DNA of 49,946 nt, from positions 926,137 through 976,082 of the forward strand of contig NW_019091360.1 in the NCBI RefSeq assembly GCF_001949145.1. Direction: 5' to 3'. The number at the start of each line of letters is the position of its first letter. The stretch's first letter is position 1. The position numbers and the translations under genes are program-made. The notes below the pieces were generated by a model. It saw only the letters and a program-made list of their open reading frames with translations, had not been told where the DNA came from and made no database searches. The stretch comes from Acanthaster planci (lineage: Eukaryota). This document shows positions 1 to 13,500 of this stretch, in pieces.

Positions 1-1116
1 GACGTGTCACTGTTTCCGTTTGTGTTGGTCACGTATGTCTTCCTCAAAAGCGATGTCTTTGCATTTAAAACCGTTTGTAGGAAAGTCTCTGTGTGGCCTC
101 AAGCTCAACAGACATTATGTTACTATGGAACTTTCATATGAAGAAACAAACGTTTGACGAAAAGTGCAGCACTCCAACAGCTTATCGTATTGTGTGCCAG
201 TTCACTGCTCTTGTAGAGTTAACTAGCATCAACTGTATGGTAAAGGTTGCAAAAACACCAATGCATTTGATTTGTGATCCCCCAATTTGATATACATGTA
301 GATTGTGGAGGAAGGACTAGTGTGTGATATCTTCATGTAATGTTCATTCATGAGGGTGTGCTTTTGTCACCTGGTCTTACTACCATTAATTATCGGTACG
401 ATTGTGAAGCTTTATCTCTATTCAGATTATCATTTTGAGAGTACTTACAAATTTCCTTGCCTATAAAAAGGGTGTTTGGAACTTGTACTGACAAACCTTG
501 CAAGGTAGAGGCAGTGAATGTACATGTATCAAGAGTCCAAGATAACACTTATTTTTTTATACTGGTATACACGTAGGTTTTCTGTTTCTCAGTTGAACGT
601 GAAAATCGACATCAAATTTGTCATCTTTTACTATAACACTTTTTAAACTTGATGCCCAAAACTGTGAACAGGATTAGCATGGACCAGTACAAATTGTGAT
701 GGACCTGCACTGTCAAGCTGTGTCTGCACTGGTCTTTATGATCAGTAACTGATGTTACACCACAATCTGATCCCCACCCTCAAACCAATATCCACACTGT
801 GACTTGGTTTTGTTAGACCAATTCTCAGAGTACATGTAGAATACTCTTAAATGTAGATCTGTGTGTTTAGTGAGGAAAAGGACCAACTATCAAATAGCAG
901 TACCGGTATTTGGTGTCAAATACACCAGAACCCACCCATCCCTATCACCGCCATTGTCAACAAGATTGCTAAATTCACCCATGGTCAATCAGGAAATGTG
1001 TTTTCAACAGCCCCGGCCCCCAAGAAAAAGCCTTCAGTACGCCCCTACATGTATGTTCCTCCTGTTACAGCAATTATTCATTTCATTAATGATGTATATA
1101 TCTTTCTCATTCATAG

Positions 1117-1176
1117 GGTGCCTCAAAAAACTGGTGGAATCACATGCACTACCAGCACCATGCAAAACCAAATGTG
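1117..1176 (+). CDS. FADS2: FADS-like exon ([20 protein letters not shown]; second His box)
   Basis: ctcattcatag acceptor, gtgagt donor at 1177, phase 0/0. Confidence 0.93.
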
Positions 1177-4100
1177 GTGAGTGGCTTATTTAAGTGACTT
1201 GTCAAACAAATCTTTTATCTACTTTTTGCTGCCAACCACTGAAATCCTTTTAACCTCAAAGCCTACCCTTTTCATGTTTCATGCAGATGCCTCCATAGAA
1301 TATAGTGAGGTTAAATTACATGTACATGTGTAGCCAAGGGTGTAGCCTGCTGAAGCCAGTCCAACAAAATATAAGACCTAAAACAGTTCAAACAAACAAA
1401 TCTTCTGTTTGTCATCCGCTAAAAATATGGCAGTACTTTGTATTGAATGAATATCATATTTATGTTAAATATGGCAAAAAGATGCCAATGGTAAGAGTGA
1501 ATGTTCAAGAATCTGGGGAGATTTCAGTTTGTCTGCTCAAAATAAGCACTTTGTGAGGAATGCACCGGTACTTGTAAATTTCAGTTAATGAGATAGTCAC
1601 ACTTTATTGGACTCCACAACCACAAAAAGACAATCGTTTTGTAACCTGCTACCAATCATGTCCTCAACCCGTAATGCCTATCTCCAGATGAATAAGGATC
1701 CTGATGTAAGACTGGAAGCCCTCTTTGTGGTTGGTGAAAACATGCCCAAGAAAGTTGCCAAGAAAGATGCTGCAAAGGGAAAGGCTACCATGCCTTACAA
1801 CCATCAGCATAAGTACTTCTTTATCAGTAAGTCACTCCTGTTACAACCCCTGAAACTTTGTAGTTGTTGCATTTTGTCTGGGATCCATTTGCCGCTGAAA
1901 TTTCAAGCAGATGAAATTGTTAATCTGTTTGGCTCACTGTGTTTTCCCTAAACTTGTTATTTTGCTTTTTTAAACTTCCCACAAAATGCCGAGTATTGCT
2001 ACATGTACGGTACCTGTATGTGTAGAAAAATGTTGGACGAGCCTTGTACAGCTAGGAATTTTCATATTTGTATGCGTATTTATTGTATGCCTTTTTCTTT
2101 TTTATGCAAGAGACAATAGGATGAATGGAGTGGATTCCTATTGTAGCACTCTATGGGAGACATTATTTGAATGTTGTACATTAGGCCTCACCATTAATTT
2201 TGTAACTACTTGTCCATTGGGCAAGTACATGTACATGTAGCATTGAAAATCTTCTTGCCTGAGGTAAGATTTTACTTGCCCAAACCCCGGTTTAGTTGCT
2301 CATTGCTTCCTTGGACAGTAAGATCCTTCCTTCAACCAATCACCATGATGAAATTGCTATGCCATAATATGACGAGAGTATATATTGCCCCAACGTGCGC
2401 AGGACTCTGATGCATCATTCATACAAGTTCGGGCAATGGCTATTTCTTAACCACTCAATGATTTTGCCTGGTGTCATATATGCAATAAGCACACACACAA
2501 GTACCCTGTAAAATTCACTCACGTTGAAGTCATGGCCACATGTAAAACAGTCTTCGAGCTTCCGGCTGTCAAAGCTCTGCTGCACCGTGGGTGCGTTAAT
2601 AACCAGTGGGGTTTGGTACCCAGACACAAGGGCATTTTACAGTTTTCCCTTGTGTGGAAGGGTGCCTTGCTATATGTACAATGTACATGTACTTAATACA
2701 CGCGAGATTGTACATGTAACGATGCAAAAACTCATTGTACACCACGTAGCTGTTTACTTTTTACTACTTTTTATAAGCTTTTGTGGCCTTACAAGCTTTC
2801 TTTTGGCCACGAAAAACAGGCATTTTTTTTTCAAGAAAAAAGTACCTGTCCATCACGCAATTCGTCCCTCATTTTTACTTGCCCTAAAGAAGAAATTACT
2901 TGTCCCGGGCAATCGGACAACCGTTAATGTCGAGGCTTGTTGTACATGTACAACATTCTAACCAGTGCCATCACATTATGCATGCTTCACACTGTGCACA
3001 TGCAACATTCAACATACATTTACATGTAATCTGATGTTTAAAGGCTATACACATTAAGTGATCTACAGAATAACACACAAATATCTCATGTCAAATGGGG
3101 TGAATTTTTTATTTTACTGTAATTTTTTACATACATGTAAATGATGGTGTGTATGCAGTGTGGTAGAAGTTGAGGTGAGGCAATGCATATGCATAAGGTA
3201 CCCCCGGTACTGGTTCCTACTGCTAATAAAAGCAATATGGAAGGGCTGGAAGCCAGCCTCCCCCCCCCAGCAACAATATATGTGTACATTTCACACTTAA
3301 ACAGCCCAAACACCATGAACTAATCAAAAATTTAAGAAATGTTTCTGTACGTTAGAGTCTTCTTTATGTATACGTATTTTCTGCTTTCTTGTCTACCTTT
3401 TGAAGTCTTGATACATGTATTTTTAATGAACAAGTGACATGCAGTTTTCTGTTGGAGTGTCTCATCAAGGCTTTGGTAGCAGTAGCCTGTTCATGAGGGC
3501 ACTTCATCTATGCTGATTTACCATTGCTCTTTATGCCATATCAAAACTTTGGAGCATTGTTACAGAAGCCATGTCACATGTTTTTATTATATCTGGGACT
3601 GAAATTGCATTGTATCCAAAAAGGTCTGTAAAAAACTGGTTACTAAAGTTAAATGTATGCAATAAATGGGAGAAGTGCCCGGGATGGGGACAAAAAGAGC
3701 TTTCTATTTAGAAGAGCCTTACAGATATATCAGGGAGCGCTGTCATGGGAATCTACTGTGCTCTCTTGATTACATTTCTTTAATCATTTCCTCCCAATCA
3801 GAAAACATCTTAAGCAGAATCCATTGCTCTTGTTACGTGTCCTACATTTAATACAAACTTTCATAAACAGTGCAGTTAAGATCTTATTCTATTAATATAT
3901 TGCACCGGCTGCACCCTGAGTGAGCGAGGCCTTGCTTAAGAATGTCACAGAGCAGGTACGTGTTCATCTTATAATTTTTCTTTGTTGCAGTTGGCCCACC
4001 TCTTCTGTTTCCAGTCTACTTCCAGTTCATGACATTTTACTACTGTTTTACCCGCAAGGAGTGGGTGGTAAGTCTGTGCGGCGTAGTTGATAGACTACTG

Positions 4101-7100
4101 AACTTCATTTCCGCGGTGTAACACTGGTTTGTGTGTATTTACATATATTGCAGGAACCTCGTACCTGATTGAAAAACAAATGAATAACTGTGAATCCATT
4201 CAGGCAAACCATTATTGAAATCTCAAAATCATGTTTACAGATGGTTTATTAAGTTCTGAATAATGCCACCACCTACATTGTTAAATCAATACAAACAGCA
4301 AGATAGAAATAGCGAGTGTGTGGAGTGAGTCTAACATATATGTGACCGTACAGGGTAAATTTTGGCATGTGTCATGAACATAAATCCATTTTGACTTTTC
4401 TGTGTTGTCTGGTTTTCATTTTGAAAATTCTCCACAAGTGACCAACACTTTCCTGTTCATCGTCAACTTAAAGTGTAAAACGTAAATTTATTTATGGATT
4501 CCACTTGATCGGCTCCATAATCTAAATCAGGTTCCTAGCATGATAGTTCAGCTACTCAGTTATGATGCTAGCCTTATGCAACATCATTGCAGTAGCTCCA
4601 TATCCCAGACTTCCTGATTCCCTCTGTAGACAATGTCCCCTCTAATGCAGTACCAAAACAGCCATTGCTGCATTTTCATCTTCACAATACAGCAAAAGAT
4701 TTAAGGCATCTTTCCATATGCGCGTCATTACTTTCACCATGAGTTTTATATCCATCAAGATCCCTCCTGGGGTCGATTTTGATGGCTGAATGTTAATGTA
4801 GTCAATTTTTGTGTCCGTGAAAGTGGAACGCATGAAGGCATCATGTACACAATGCGCCTGAAAAAGTATGTATGGAAAGGTGCCTTTACAATTCAACGCC
4901 ATTGTATGATATATCCACATTACAAAATTTGTGTGTGTGGCAAAAGTCTGCGTCAAATGACCACTGCACACAATTCATGGAGCACAGTACACTATGCTCA
5001 ATACAACACTTCATACCTTACCTAAAGAAATGTCGGTCATCTGATTGGTTGGATGGTAATCATGTGCCATGAATTACATGTATTTGGTGTAATCAGTGAA
5101 CCAATGGTTACACCAATAATATACTGGTATACAGCTTGCATGCATGGTGAGCACAATTGCGAGTTTTCACACGACTGCACACGGTTGGTGCATTGATGGC
5201 TCTTCACACATACACAAAAATTGGGGGCAATACTATTGTATGCAAAACACCTAGCATTTTGTCTTGTCAGATGAGGAAATTTTGGAACCCATAAGTAATG
5301 GTTATGGTTCAAGAGTCACAAGAAATGATTAGAGCAGATTGTAAGATTCACAGGATCATCTGTTACAGCGTGAACTAGTGCGGAACATGTAAACTTTGTG
5401 TTGTGTTTTTCATTTGGACAAGATTATATGTACAAGGTTTTCACTTGATTCATTCAGGTGTTGTATAAAACTAATAATGAATATGTATGGAACTGTTCTT
5501 ACCATTGCAATCAGAAACATTCATCAGTGTGTACTGATCTGGATCACACAAAACTGTTGACATGATGGGATTTAGTCAGGTTTTTTATGAAACAAATACC
5601 AAAGACTACACAGTCATGATAAGAGTAATGTCATTTGGTGAAAGATAATCATCTGTTGATATTCCACAGTTTTCTCTGGAATGTGTTACATTTCCAATGT
5701 ACTCTTAATGTAACTTGTATAAAGCAGTGCAGTTTTACAGAAATACATGTAATCAGCATGTCTGAAATTCTGCCATTCCATCCTGGAGCTGAGTGGTTTC
5801 TCTGGGGGCTTTTTTTCTTGCAGGATCTATTTCTTATGGTCACGTACTACGTCCGGTTTGCTCTGTTCTATGTGCCCTTGCTTGGTGTCTGGAAGACTCT
5901 GCTGCTGTTTGAAACTATGAGGTAATGGGGTGGGGCTTTTGTGGTGTATGGAGGAAGCCAGTCAAAGGAGCATTATAGAGTCGCAATAGCAGCCAGAACC
6001 AGCTGTCTGCAAGTGGTTGCTTTGTTTCAAGCTGTCCAATTCTGGAAGTATTTTAAATGTTTGAAATATCTCAAATCCAATTTAACTGTCACTTCCTCAT
6101 CATTTTTCCCCTAAGGAGCCTCCTATACTCTCAATGTCACTAGCAATGCATTCACCAAGGTCTTTGTACTAAGACTGTGCATCAAATTCTATGCATGGTC
6201 TCCCCCGTCCTCTGAAAGCTGTTCCTGCTTTAGTTTGTTGATAAAAACCACAGAGTATATTGTGAGGTGTTTCTGTCTGTGTAGGCTGTAAGTTTAAACT
6301 TGTTGCTGTGATTTGTCTCTATGTTCAATAGGTTGCTTGCCAACTTGAGAGACCACAGCAGTTGACATACATGTAATTGCCACATGGGTTTATTCACTCA
6401 GTGTTTGCATGGCGTTTAATATCTTTCCCCTGTCAGACTCATCCTACCATTAAATCAATTGTACCATTAAATTAAATTGTGCTTAACCAATCATCAATTT
6501 GTTGCCAAGCACAAATGTTGAGCACTCCAGTCTGGAATAGGTTGAAGTTTTGTTATAAAAGAAAACTGAAATTAAACTTGAGCAGACTGAAAGCAACTTG
6601 TGAGTAAAGATCACCTTGGTTTCAATTAATGAAGCACTAACAGATTTGTACCCATCTTGGATTTTTTTTTTGCTGTTGTTGCAGAGTGTTGGAGAGCATA
6701 TGGTTTACCTGGGTAGCCCAATCTAACCACATACCCATGACTATCGAGGAAGATCAGGAGAAGCCATGGCTGGAACTGCAGGTAGGTTCAGTGACTAGCC
6801 ACTTGTAGGTTGTGTTACTGTGGTGGATAAGGTTGATTTTCATAACAGGGATTTAGTAGCTAACTCTTGATGTACAGCCAAACATGACGGATATTGCCTC
6901 AGAGTCATTTGAAGTGTATTTGTGTATTATTTCTCACTACAACCTTCATATTTCGGGGCATAACCACAGGATGATTTTTACTACCACAATAGGCTCTGCA
7001 CAACATTCAAGTTCAACATGTGGTCTTTGCTTCCACAGCCTCCCTGACTTTTGTGTGTAAAACAACAGGGGGATTAGCATGTATAGCGGTGAAGTAGGAT

Positions 7101-10100
7101 ACATATGGCGGTTTAACTTGTCAGGCTCGGCTATGTACAAGATGGCCAGATCTTGTTTACGTGTTTCTAGCATAAAAGTACTTAGAGACCTGTATAGATG
7201 CAGACAGGCAGTGATGTCTAAGATTCTCCATGAAATCACATTGTTTGCAAGCAGCTTTGTACCTCCTGTGTCTTATTGGCCTTGCTCTTTCAAATGTACA
7301 TGTGCATACCAGTACATGTACATGTACATGTGGAATTCACAGTGTACAGTGGTGTGTATCAGGATTTGAAATGTGTTAACCCCATCAAAAGGTCATAGGC
7401 ACAACATGTTGGTTGTCAAACTGGTGGCATTGGAGACACACATTGAGCCCCAGCCTCACCAAGCGGGTTCATTAATGCATAGGTTTTGTGTTGGTCACCG
7501 GCTTTTGTTCACACCAAGTTTACAGATTTGCATGCTAGTGTTCAAGCATCTCTTCTGCAGTACAAAAATGAGGCACTTACAACATTTGGCAACTTTGAGA
7601 TGCAAACATTCTCAAAAGCCATTAGTGCATAATGAACTAGAATGAGAAGTGCAACAACACTAGACCNNNNNNNNNNNNNNNNNNNNNNNNNNNNNNNNNN
7701 NNNNNNNNNNNNNNNNNNNNNNNNNNNNNNNNNNNNNNNNNNNNNNNNNNNNNNNNNNNNNNNNNNNNNNNNNNNNNNNNNNNNNNNNNNNNNNNNNNNN
7801 NNNNNNNNNNNNNNNNNNNNNNNNNNNNNNNNNNNNNNNNNNNNNNNNNNNNNNNNNNNNNNNNNNNNNNNNNNNNNNNNNNNNNNNNNNNNNNNNNNNN
7901 NNNNNNNNNNNNNNNNNNNNNNNNNNNNNNNNNNNNNNNNNNNNNNNNNNNNNNNNNNNNNNNNNNNNNNNNNNNNNNNNNNNNNNNNNNNNNNNNNNNN
8001 NNNNNNNNNNNNNNNNNNNNNNNNNNNNNNNNNNNNNNNNNNNNNNNNNNNNNNNNNNNNNNNNNNNNNNNNNNNNNNNNNNNNNNNNNNNNNNNNNNNN
8101 NNNNNNNNNNNNNNNNNNNNNNNNNNNNNNNNNNNNNNNNNNNNNNNNNNNNNNNNNNNNNNNNNNNNNNNNNNNNNNNNNNNNNNNNNNNNNNNNNNNN
8201 NNNNNNNNNNNNNNNNNNNNNNNNNNNNNNNNNNNNNNNNNNNNNNNNNNNNNNNNNNNNNNNNNNNNNNNNNNNNNNNNNNNNNNNNNNNNNNNNNNNN
8301 NNNNNNNNNNNNNNNNNNNNNNNNNNNNNNNNNNNNNNNNNNNNNNNNNNNNNNNNNNNNNNNNNNNNNNNNNNNNNNNNNNNNNNNNNNNNNNNNNNNN
8401 NNNNNNNNNNNNNNNNNNNNNNNNNNNNNNNNNNNNNNNNNNNNNNNNNNNNNNNNNNNNNNNNNNNNNNNNNNNNNNNNNNNNNNNNNNNNNNNNNNNN
8501 NNNNNNNNNNNNNNNNNNNNNNNNNNNNNNNNNNNNNNNNNNNNNNNNNNNNNNNNNNNNNNNNNNNNNNNNNNNNNNNNNNNNNNNNNNNNNNNNGAGG
8601 TGGAGCATGCTTAGGAGGAGTGGAGCAAAGAATGTTCAGTATTCTTCCATGGAATACCAAACGGAGTTATTGTCATTTAAACTCTCAACAGGTTTCCTGA
8701 TCTTACGTTGCATGTAGTAGGCAGTGGGAACAGCTGCACAGTAGTACGCTATTGAAATGCTTCAGGTCTGATAACATGGCTATAGGACCAGTTCATGCTG
8801 AATGATGGCATATTTCATTACATTATTGTTTCATATTATCTGTCATTTCTATCACAGCTGGGTGCCACATGTAACATCCACAAGTCCTGGTTCAATGACT
8901 GGTTCACAGGACACCTCAATTTCCAGATTGAACACCAGTAAGTACATGACATTAAACACTGGTTGTGGATGATGGTTTTGATCAATTCTGCACAAGTAGT
9001 CCAATGCTAAGTTATTTTCAAAACAACGACAAGAAAATGTGTCATGCTTGGCACAAATGTTGAGTAAATGATATGAAATTAAAAGAACATGGATGAATCA
9101 GTGGAATGATGTACATTTTGTCAAGTTTATGAAATAAATTCTATTTTCACAGGAGAAAAGACTAACCCAGTCATGCTCAATTCAGCAAGCTGCATTTTAA
9201 CAAGATGTTTATGATGTTCATTGCATATCTGTAAACTGTTGGACTAAATAGGTGGCAGCAAATTGACTGTAGATTTGCTGAAAGGCAGGGTATAGTTTTT
9301 GTATCTCATCTAATCTTAAAACCTTTGTTTTTGTATTCTACAAGCCTTTTTCCCACCATGCCACGTCACAACCTTCACCGTATTGCTCCACTGGCGCAAG
9401 CACTCTGTAAGAAACATGGCGTTGAGTACAAACTGAAAGGCCTTGGATCAGCCTTTGTAGACATCGTGTCGTAAGTCACAGTTTACATGCATAAATCATG
9501 CCTCCCTCTCAGCCCAATTGACAAATCAATCAGAAGGATCGATTTTGCCCTCCATTATCAACAGGAAAACACCACGGATGTGATTTCTTGAAGTTTTTCC
9601 AGATTTCTGTTTTTTCTTTTACCGGCAAATTCCAAAGTTTTAAAGTTTGACGTACATGTATTTGCGGTTTTCAAGAGTTTTGCATTTGCAATATTCACAC
9701 TCTCCCAAGTTACTTAAAGTCTAAGAAGGTCACAGCATTTTATTGGCATTTAATAATTGCTCAATCACGGGTTTGTCTTGATCACTCATTATTACCTATA
9801 GGAAAACAACTCTAATTTGGCACCAGTTAGATTTAAGTCAGGTAACAATAACCAAATGTATGGCTCTCATCACAAAAATCAGCATCCCCCAACTTGCCAG
9901 AATTCTTACATGGCAGCCAAGGTTTTCTTTGTGTTTTTTTCTTTTTTTCACTAGTCAGTGATGCTTTGTGTGTTTAACCTTTGTGGGTTGCGATAGCTCT
10001 GCATTGTTGAAATATCTGAATGGCATTTGATGTACATGTAGTTTAGATGTATATGTGACCTATGTTCTCAATAATGAATTAGTCTCATGTCATACGGGAC

Positions 10101-10589
10101 ACAGTTACAAGAAAATAGTTTCAGCTTGATATCTGTAAAGTTTTCTTTTTGTTAACAGTGAAAGTTTGGATGCTGTGCCAAATTTTTTGGCACACATAAA
10201 TCTGTTGTTTATTTTGGCAACCTGTAACATAGGTTGAAAGCTGAAAATGGTTGTTTACCAGAATTGTAAATTCTTAAATATGGAAGCAAATAACTCTTCA
10301 AATCAGAAAGTTACGGACCTATAAAATACTCAATTTGTATGCTTTTCAAGTTATTTTTCCAAATTGTGGGGTTCCACAATATTAACAAATATGGTTTTCC
10401 CTACATATTTAGGAACTGTTCAAAGACGAACATTGAATCTTGATAAGGTCATGCATTTATTTTGAATTCACATGAATAACAAGTAACCTAATTGTGTTGT
10501 CTTTCTCATTTCTCCCTTTTTCAAGGTCCCTGGAAAAGTCTGGCAAGATCTGGTTTGATGCCTACTACAGCCTTAGACATGAACTCTGA
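1117..10589 (+). CDS. FADS2: Front-end fatty acyl desaturase (FADS1/FADS2-like, delta-5/6 type), 5'-partial spliced gene: join(1117-1176,1688-1826,3991-4067,5824-5921,6685-6781,8858-8937,9345-9470,10526-10589)
   Basis: Manual splicing at GT-AG sites gives a continuous frame [27 protein letters not shown]...[23 protein letters not shown]...[27 protein letters not shown]...[20 protein letters not shown]. It has the HxxHH and QIEHH histidine boxes. Exon sizes 77/98/97/80/126 match vertebrate FADS genes as recalled. The cytochrome b5 domain and first His box are upstream of the window. The symbol denotes family, not proven orthology. Confidence 0.95.
1688..1826 (+). CDS. FADS2: FADS-like exon ([17 protein letters not shown]...[11 protein letters not shown])
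   Basis: tctccag acceptor, gtaagt donor at 1827, phase 0/1. Confidence 0.94.
2182..2939. mobile_element. Non-autonomous hAT-type DNA transposon (MITE) in FADS intron
   Basis: Imperfect TIRs TAGGCCTCACCATTAA / TTAATGTCGAGGCTTG (12/16), perfect 8-bp TSD ttgtacat (2174-2181, 2940-2947), subterminal tacttg(t/c)cc and gggcaa repeats at both ends. Confidence 0.8.
3991..4067 (+). CDS. FADS2: FADS-like exon ([26 protein letters not shown])
   Basis: tttgttgcag acceptor, gtaagt donor at 4068, 77 nt. Confidence 0.94.
5824..5921 (+). CDS. FADS2: FADS-like exon ([33 protein letters not shown])
   Basis: ttttcttgcag acceptor, gtaatg donor at 5922, 98 nt, hydrophobic membrane segment. Confidence 0.93.
6685..6781 (+). 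CDS. FADS2: FADS-like exon ([32 protein letters not shown])
   Basis: gttgttgcag acceptor, gtaggt donor at 6782, 97 nt. Confidence 0.94.
7667..8596. other. Assembly gap (N run) in FADS intron
   Basis: N characters; flanking exons join in frame with no missing conserved segment. Confidence 0.99.
8858..8937 (+). CDS. FADS2: FADS-like exon ([27 protein letters not shown]; third His box)
   Basis: ctatcacag acceptor, gtaagt donor at 8938, 80 nt. Confidence 0.95.
9345..9470 (+). CDS. FADS2: FADS-like exon ([41 protein letters not shown])
   Basis: ttctacaag acceptor (AAG), gtaagt donor at 9471, 126 nt. Confidence 0.94.
10526..10589 (+). CDS. FADS2: FADS-like terminal coding exon ([20 protein letters not shown])
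   Basis: Long pyrimidine tract plus tcaag acceptor; TGA at 10587-10589; matches the FADS C-terminal SLxxSGxxWxDAY motif. Confidence 0.93.
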
Positions 10590-13500
10590 GTTGAAATGTC
10601 ATGGCTCCATACATTCAGTAGTAGATGCATGCTACACTCATGTGGAAGAGCATTAGTTCAGTTCAAATGTAGCTGCGATAACCAGTCTGTATATTCAACG
10701 TGTAATCGCAAGCTTTTTATTCCAGACCCCAAGTACACGTAGCTGTCAAAGATATAACATGATAATAATTTGTGAAAAGTCTGCTGGACAAACAGTAAGA
10801 CCCAATGTAGCAATGTCTTTCACCATCAGATTTTCGCTTCCTGAAAGCAATGTAAGGTGCATTACTCATAGCAATTAACACTGTTTATGCAGTGGACGTG
10901 CTTCAAGGTGAAATCTATACACAGATATATCAGAAAAATGTTGTATCGCTGTTTACTGATGCCTATGATGAAAAATAAGATTGAAACCATTTACAGTTTG
11001 GATGTAAGGTTACAATACTTAATATGATGGTGTCACATTTGCTAAAAGGTATGCCAGTATTACAAGAAAATTATGCATTTCAATATGAAACTATCTTGAT
11101 TCCAAGTAAGTCATGTGACAGTCTATATATCTGAACAAAAACATTTTTTTTTATTAATTTAAAGGTTTAAATTATTTTCAAATCTTAAAATACCTTTCTT
11201 GACGGATTTACCCAGTTGTTCATCCCTAGTTAACCACTCGATAAATCTTGTAATTCAAGTTACTCTCGTAGTGGTGTGGGTAGATTGTTATATCAGTTAA
11301 TTCACATTTCACTATTTCACAGATTCAATTTAAGAATTGAATTTCCAAATTCTCAAAACGAGGAGGGACCAAAATGTGTGTTCCAAATGATAGAATGTTT
11401 TTATGTACAAGGTGCAGTGAATGGTTTTTGAAAAATCACATGTGTTTCTTCATTTGAGAAGTATCTTTCAGTATATTCATTATATAATAGAAGATATTTA
11501 GCTGTCGTTGACCAATTTAACTTACCGGTATTTAGCCAGCTACAAATAGACCGTGCCCTCTCTGATGCATATATGTAAGTAAGCCTATAAAGGTTATTAA
11601 ATTCCCATAGAATGTTGAGTAGGTTCAGTGGTCTTGTGGATAATGGCACATTTTGAGATCACATGATACGCTTCCAGCTGGATTCAATCCCTAGCAGCTA
11701 CCCTTTATTTTCATCCTCCAAAATTGAAAATTTTCTCATTACTTTAGTTTGAAATTGACTCCAACATTTGATTACAGAGTATTACATTTTCTTTTTCTGA
11801 TTTATGGCTCTGGAGGATTTAGTTTAAAGATCAATCACATTGCTTTGACATAAAATGGTTATGTAACAGGGAATTGGTCATTGCTACCCATGTCGTAACT
11901 AGTAAGGCAGCTTCTTTTCACATTTGTAAAAAAAAAATGGTCATTTTGGAGGTTCAGGACCACCGCATTCTGCTCAGAGTAAAAAAAAAGTGTCAATGAG
12001 GGCGGCAAACAAATCTAGCAATTTGATGATGTCATAATGCGGCTCTCGTTCCCCAGAGTTTCTTGACGTTGTGGCCATAATGGGGCACAAGAAGAGTGAA
12101 AAAACAGGTGAAGTAAGTTAGAGGTCATTCTCGGCAAATGACCACGGCCATCTGCCTGAAATGTATCAGGACGTTACTCCGGTTCAACTTGGGATGATTC
12201 AACTTCATCATACAATCCAGTGTTGATCAGTATTGTGGACATAAAACCAATTCCAAGCACTGGATGCCACAAACAGTGGTACACTGTTTCAAAAAAATGC
12301 TGGCTTGCCTCTGCTATTGACGGTGACAAAATGTTGGTAATTCCCAGCAGCCTGGTCTTTTGTTATGAGTACTGTCTTTTGTTACAAGGCCCAGTTCCCT
12401 TTGTTTGATTTCAGACAGCCTGGCTGTGCATATAAAGAATACATGCCCCAAACCAAGCTCCCCAGCAGCAAATGGTTAAATTACAGTTAAGTGCGAGCAA
12501 GCACAGCGCTCATGAATGCGGGCGTGTTCGCTCGAAATAATGAAACGACATTTGTTTTCTGTTTACCTGATATGAAGGACTTCAACTCATGCTTTTGACG
12601 TCAGTAGCAATCTTTACCCTCTAGATTGTTTTAAATATAACTAGATTTTATAGAAATTGAAATTGTGAATTACCATTGTGATTGATCTTTAAGAGGAAAA
12701 AGTCTAAAATTGCCAAATGGTCTGATTCCCACCTCATGAATACAAAGTCACAACGACTGTGTTGGTGATTTGTTTCCCCCAACCCCCCAAAAAAGTGAGT
12801 ACACATGTGCCTCTGAAAATATTGTTTAGTGAAATTTGTTGGTAACAGCTAAATATCCACTGCTTATTTTTTCATCCTTATATTAATTTCCACATTGCCA
12901 GTAATTTCTTAATGACTAAGATATGCAATATCACTATTCTAGGTTTATACCACTTTGGGTAAGCAACATATCCAGAGTTTCTTTTAAAAAGAAATTTAAA
13001 AATCTAAAGTATCAGAGTTTATTTCATTTAGTGTATGCTGTGTGTGGTGGATTTTGTTTTGGTTTTCCTTTTTGCAATTATAATTGATAGGAATTGAGCA
13101 TTTATGGTTGTGGTGAGATTGTATGAGTGAAAAAAACCTGAAAATGGTAAATGCTGTACTCGGGAGGTAAATTGTTGGGTTTTTATTATACCAAGGTGGT
13201 TGACGATTTATTACACATCAGGGACTATAATATTGACCATAAGATGTCCATTCATCTGAGAAATGGCGGTGAAAATAACAAATTGGTGGAGCTCATTACT
13301 TCAAATATTATCAAACACTTCCTGTGTCAGTTGATAATCTGTAGCATTGAAATATGTCAGTGTGTCCAGTGTTGGTTCTGTTTGGCTTAAAGATGCTGTC
13401 TTGGTATTGCCCATCAATTGCCATCCTGGCAAAAATTGTTGGAACATGTGTCAATAGCCATATCCTCCCAAGGTTCTCCACTCCCCTGGTCAATGCTGTG

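Noticed and set aside
4340..5340. Cluster of overlapping 60-110 aa ORFs in a FADS intron
   Set aside because: No recognisable domain or splice support; probably old repeat-derived sequence whose boundaries I could not define
7542..8700. Long ORFs of 199-372 aa here and at 23565-24550 and 28057-28934, plus short ones at 41040-41318
   Set aside because: Artefacts of translating N runs
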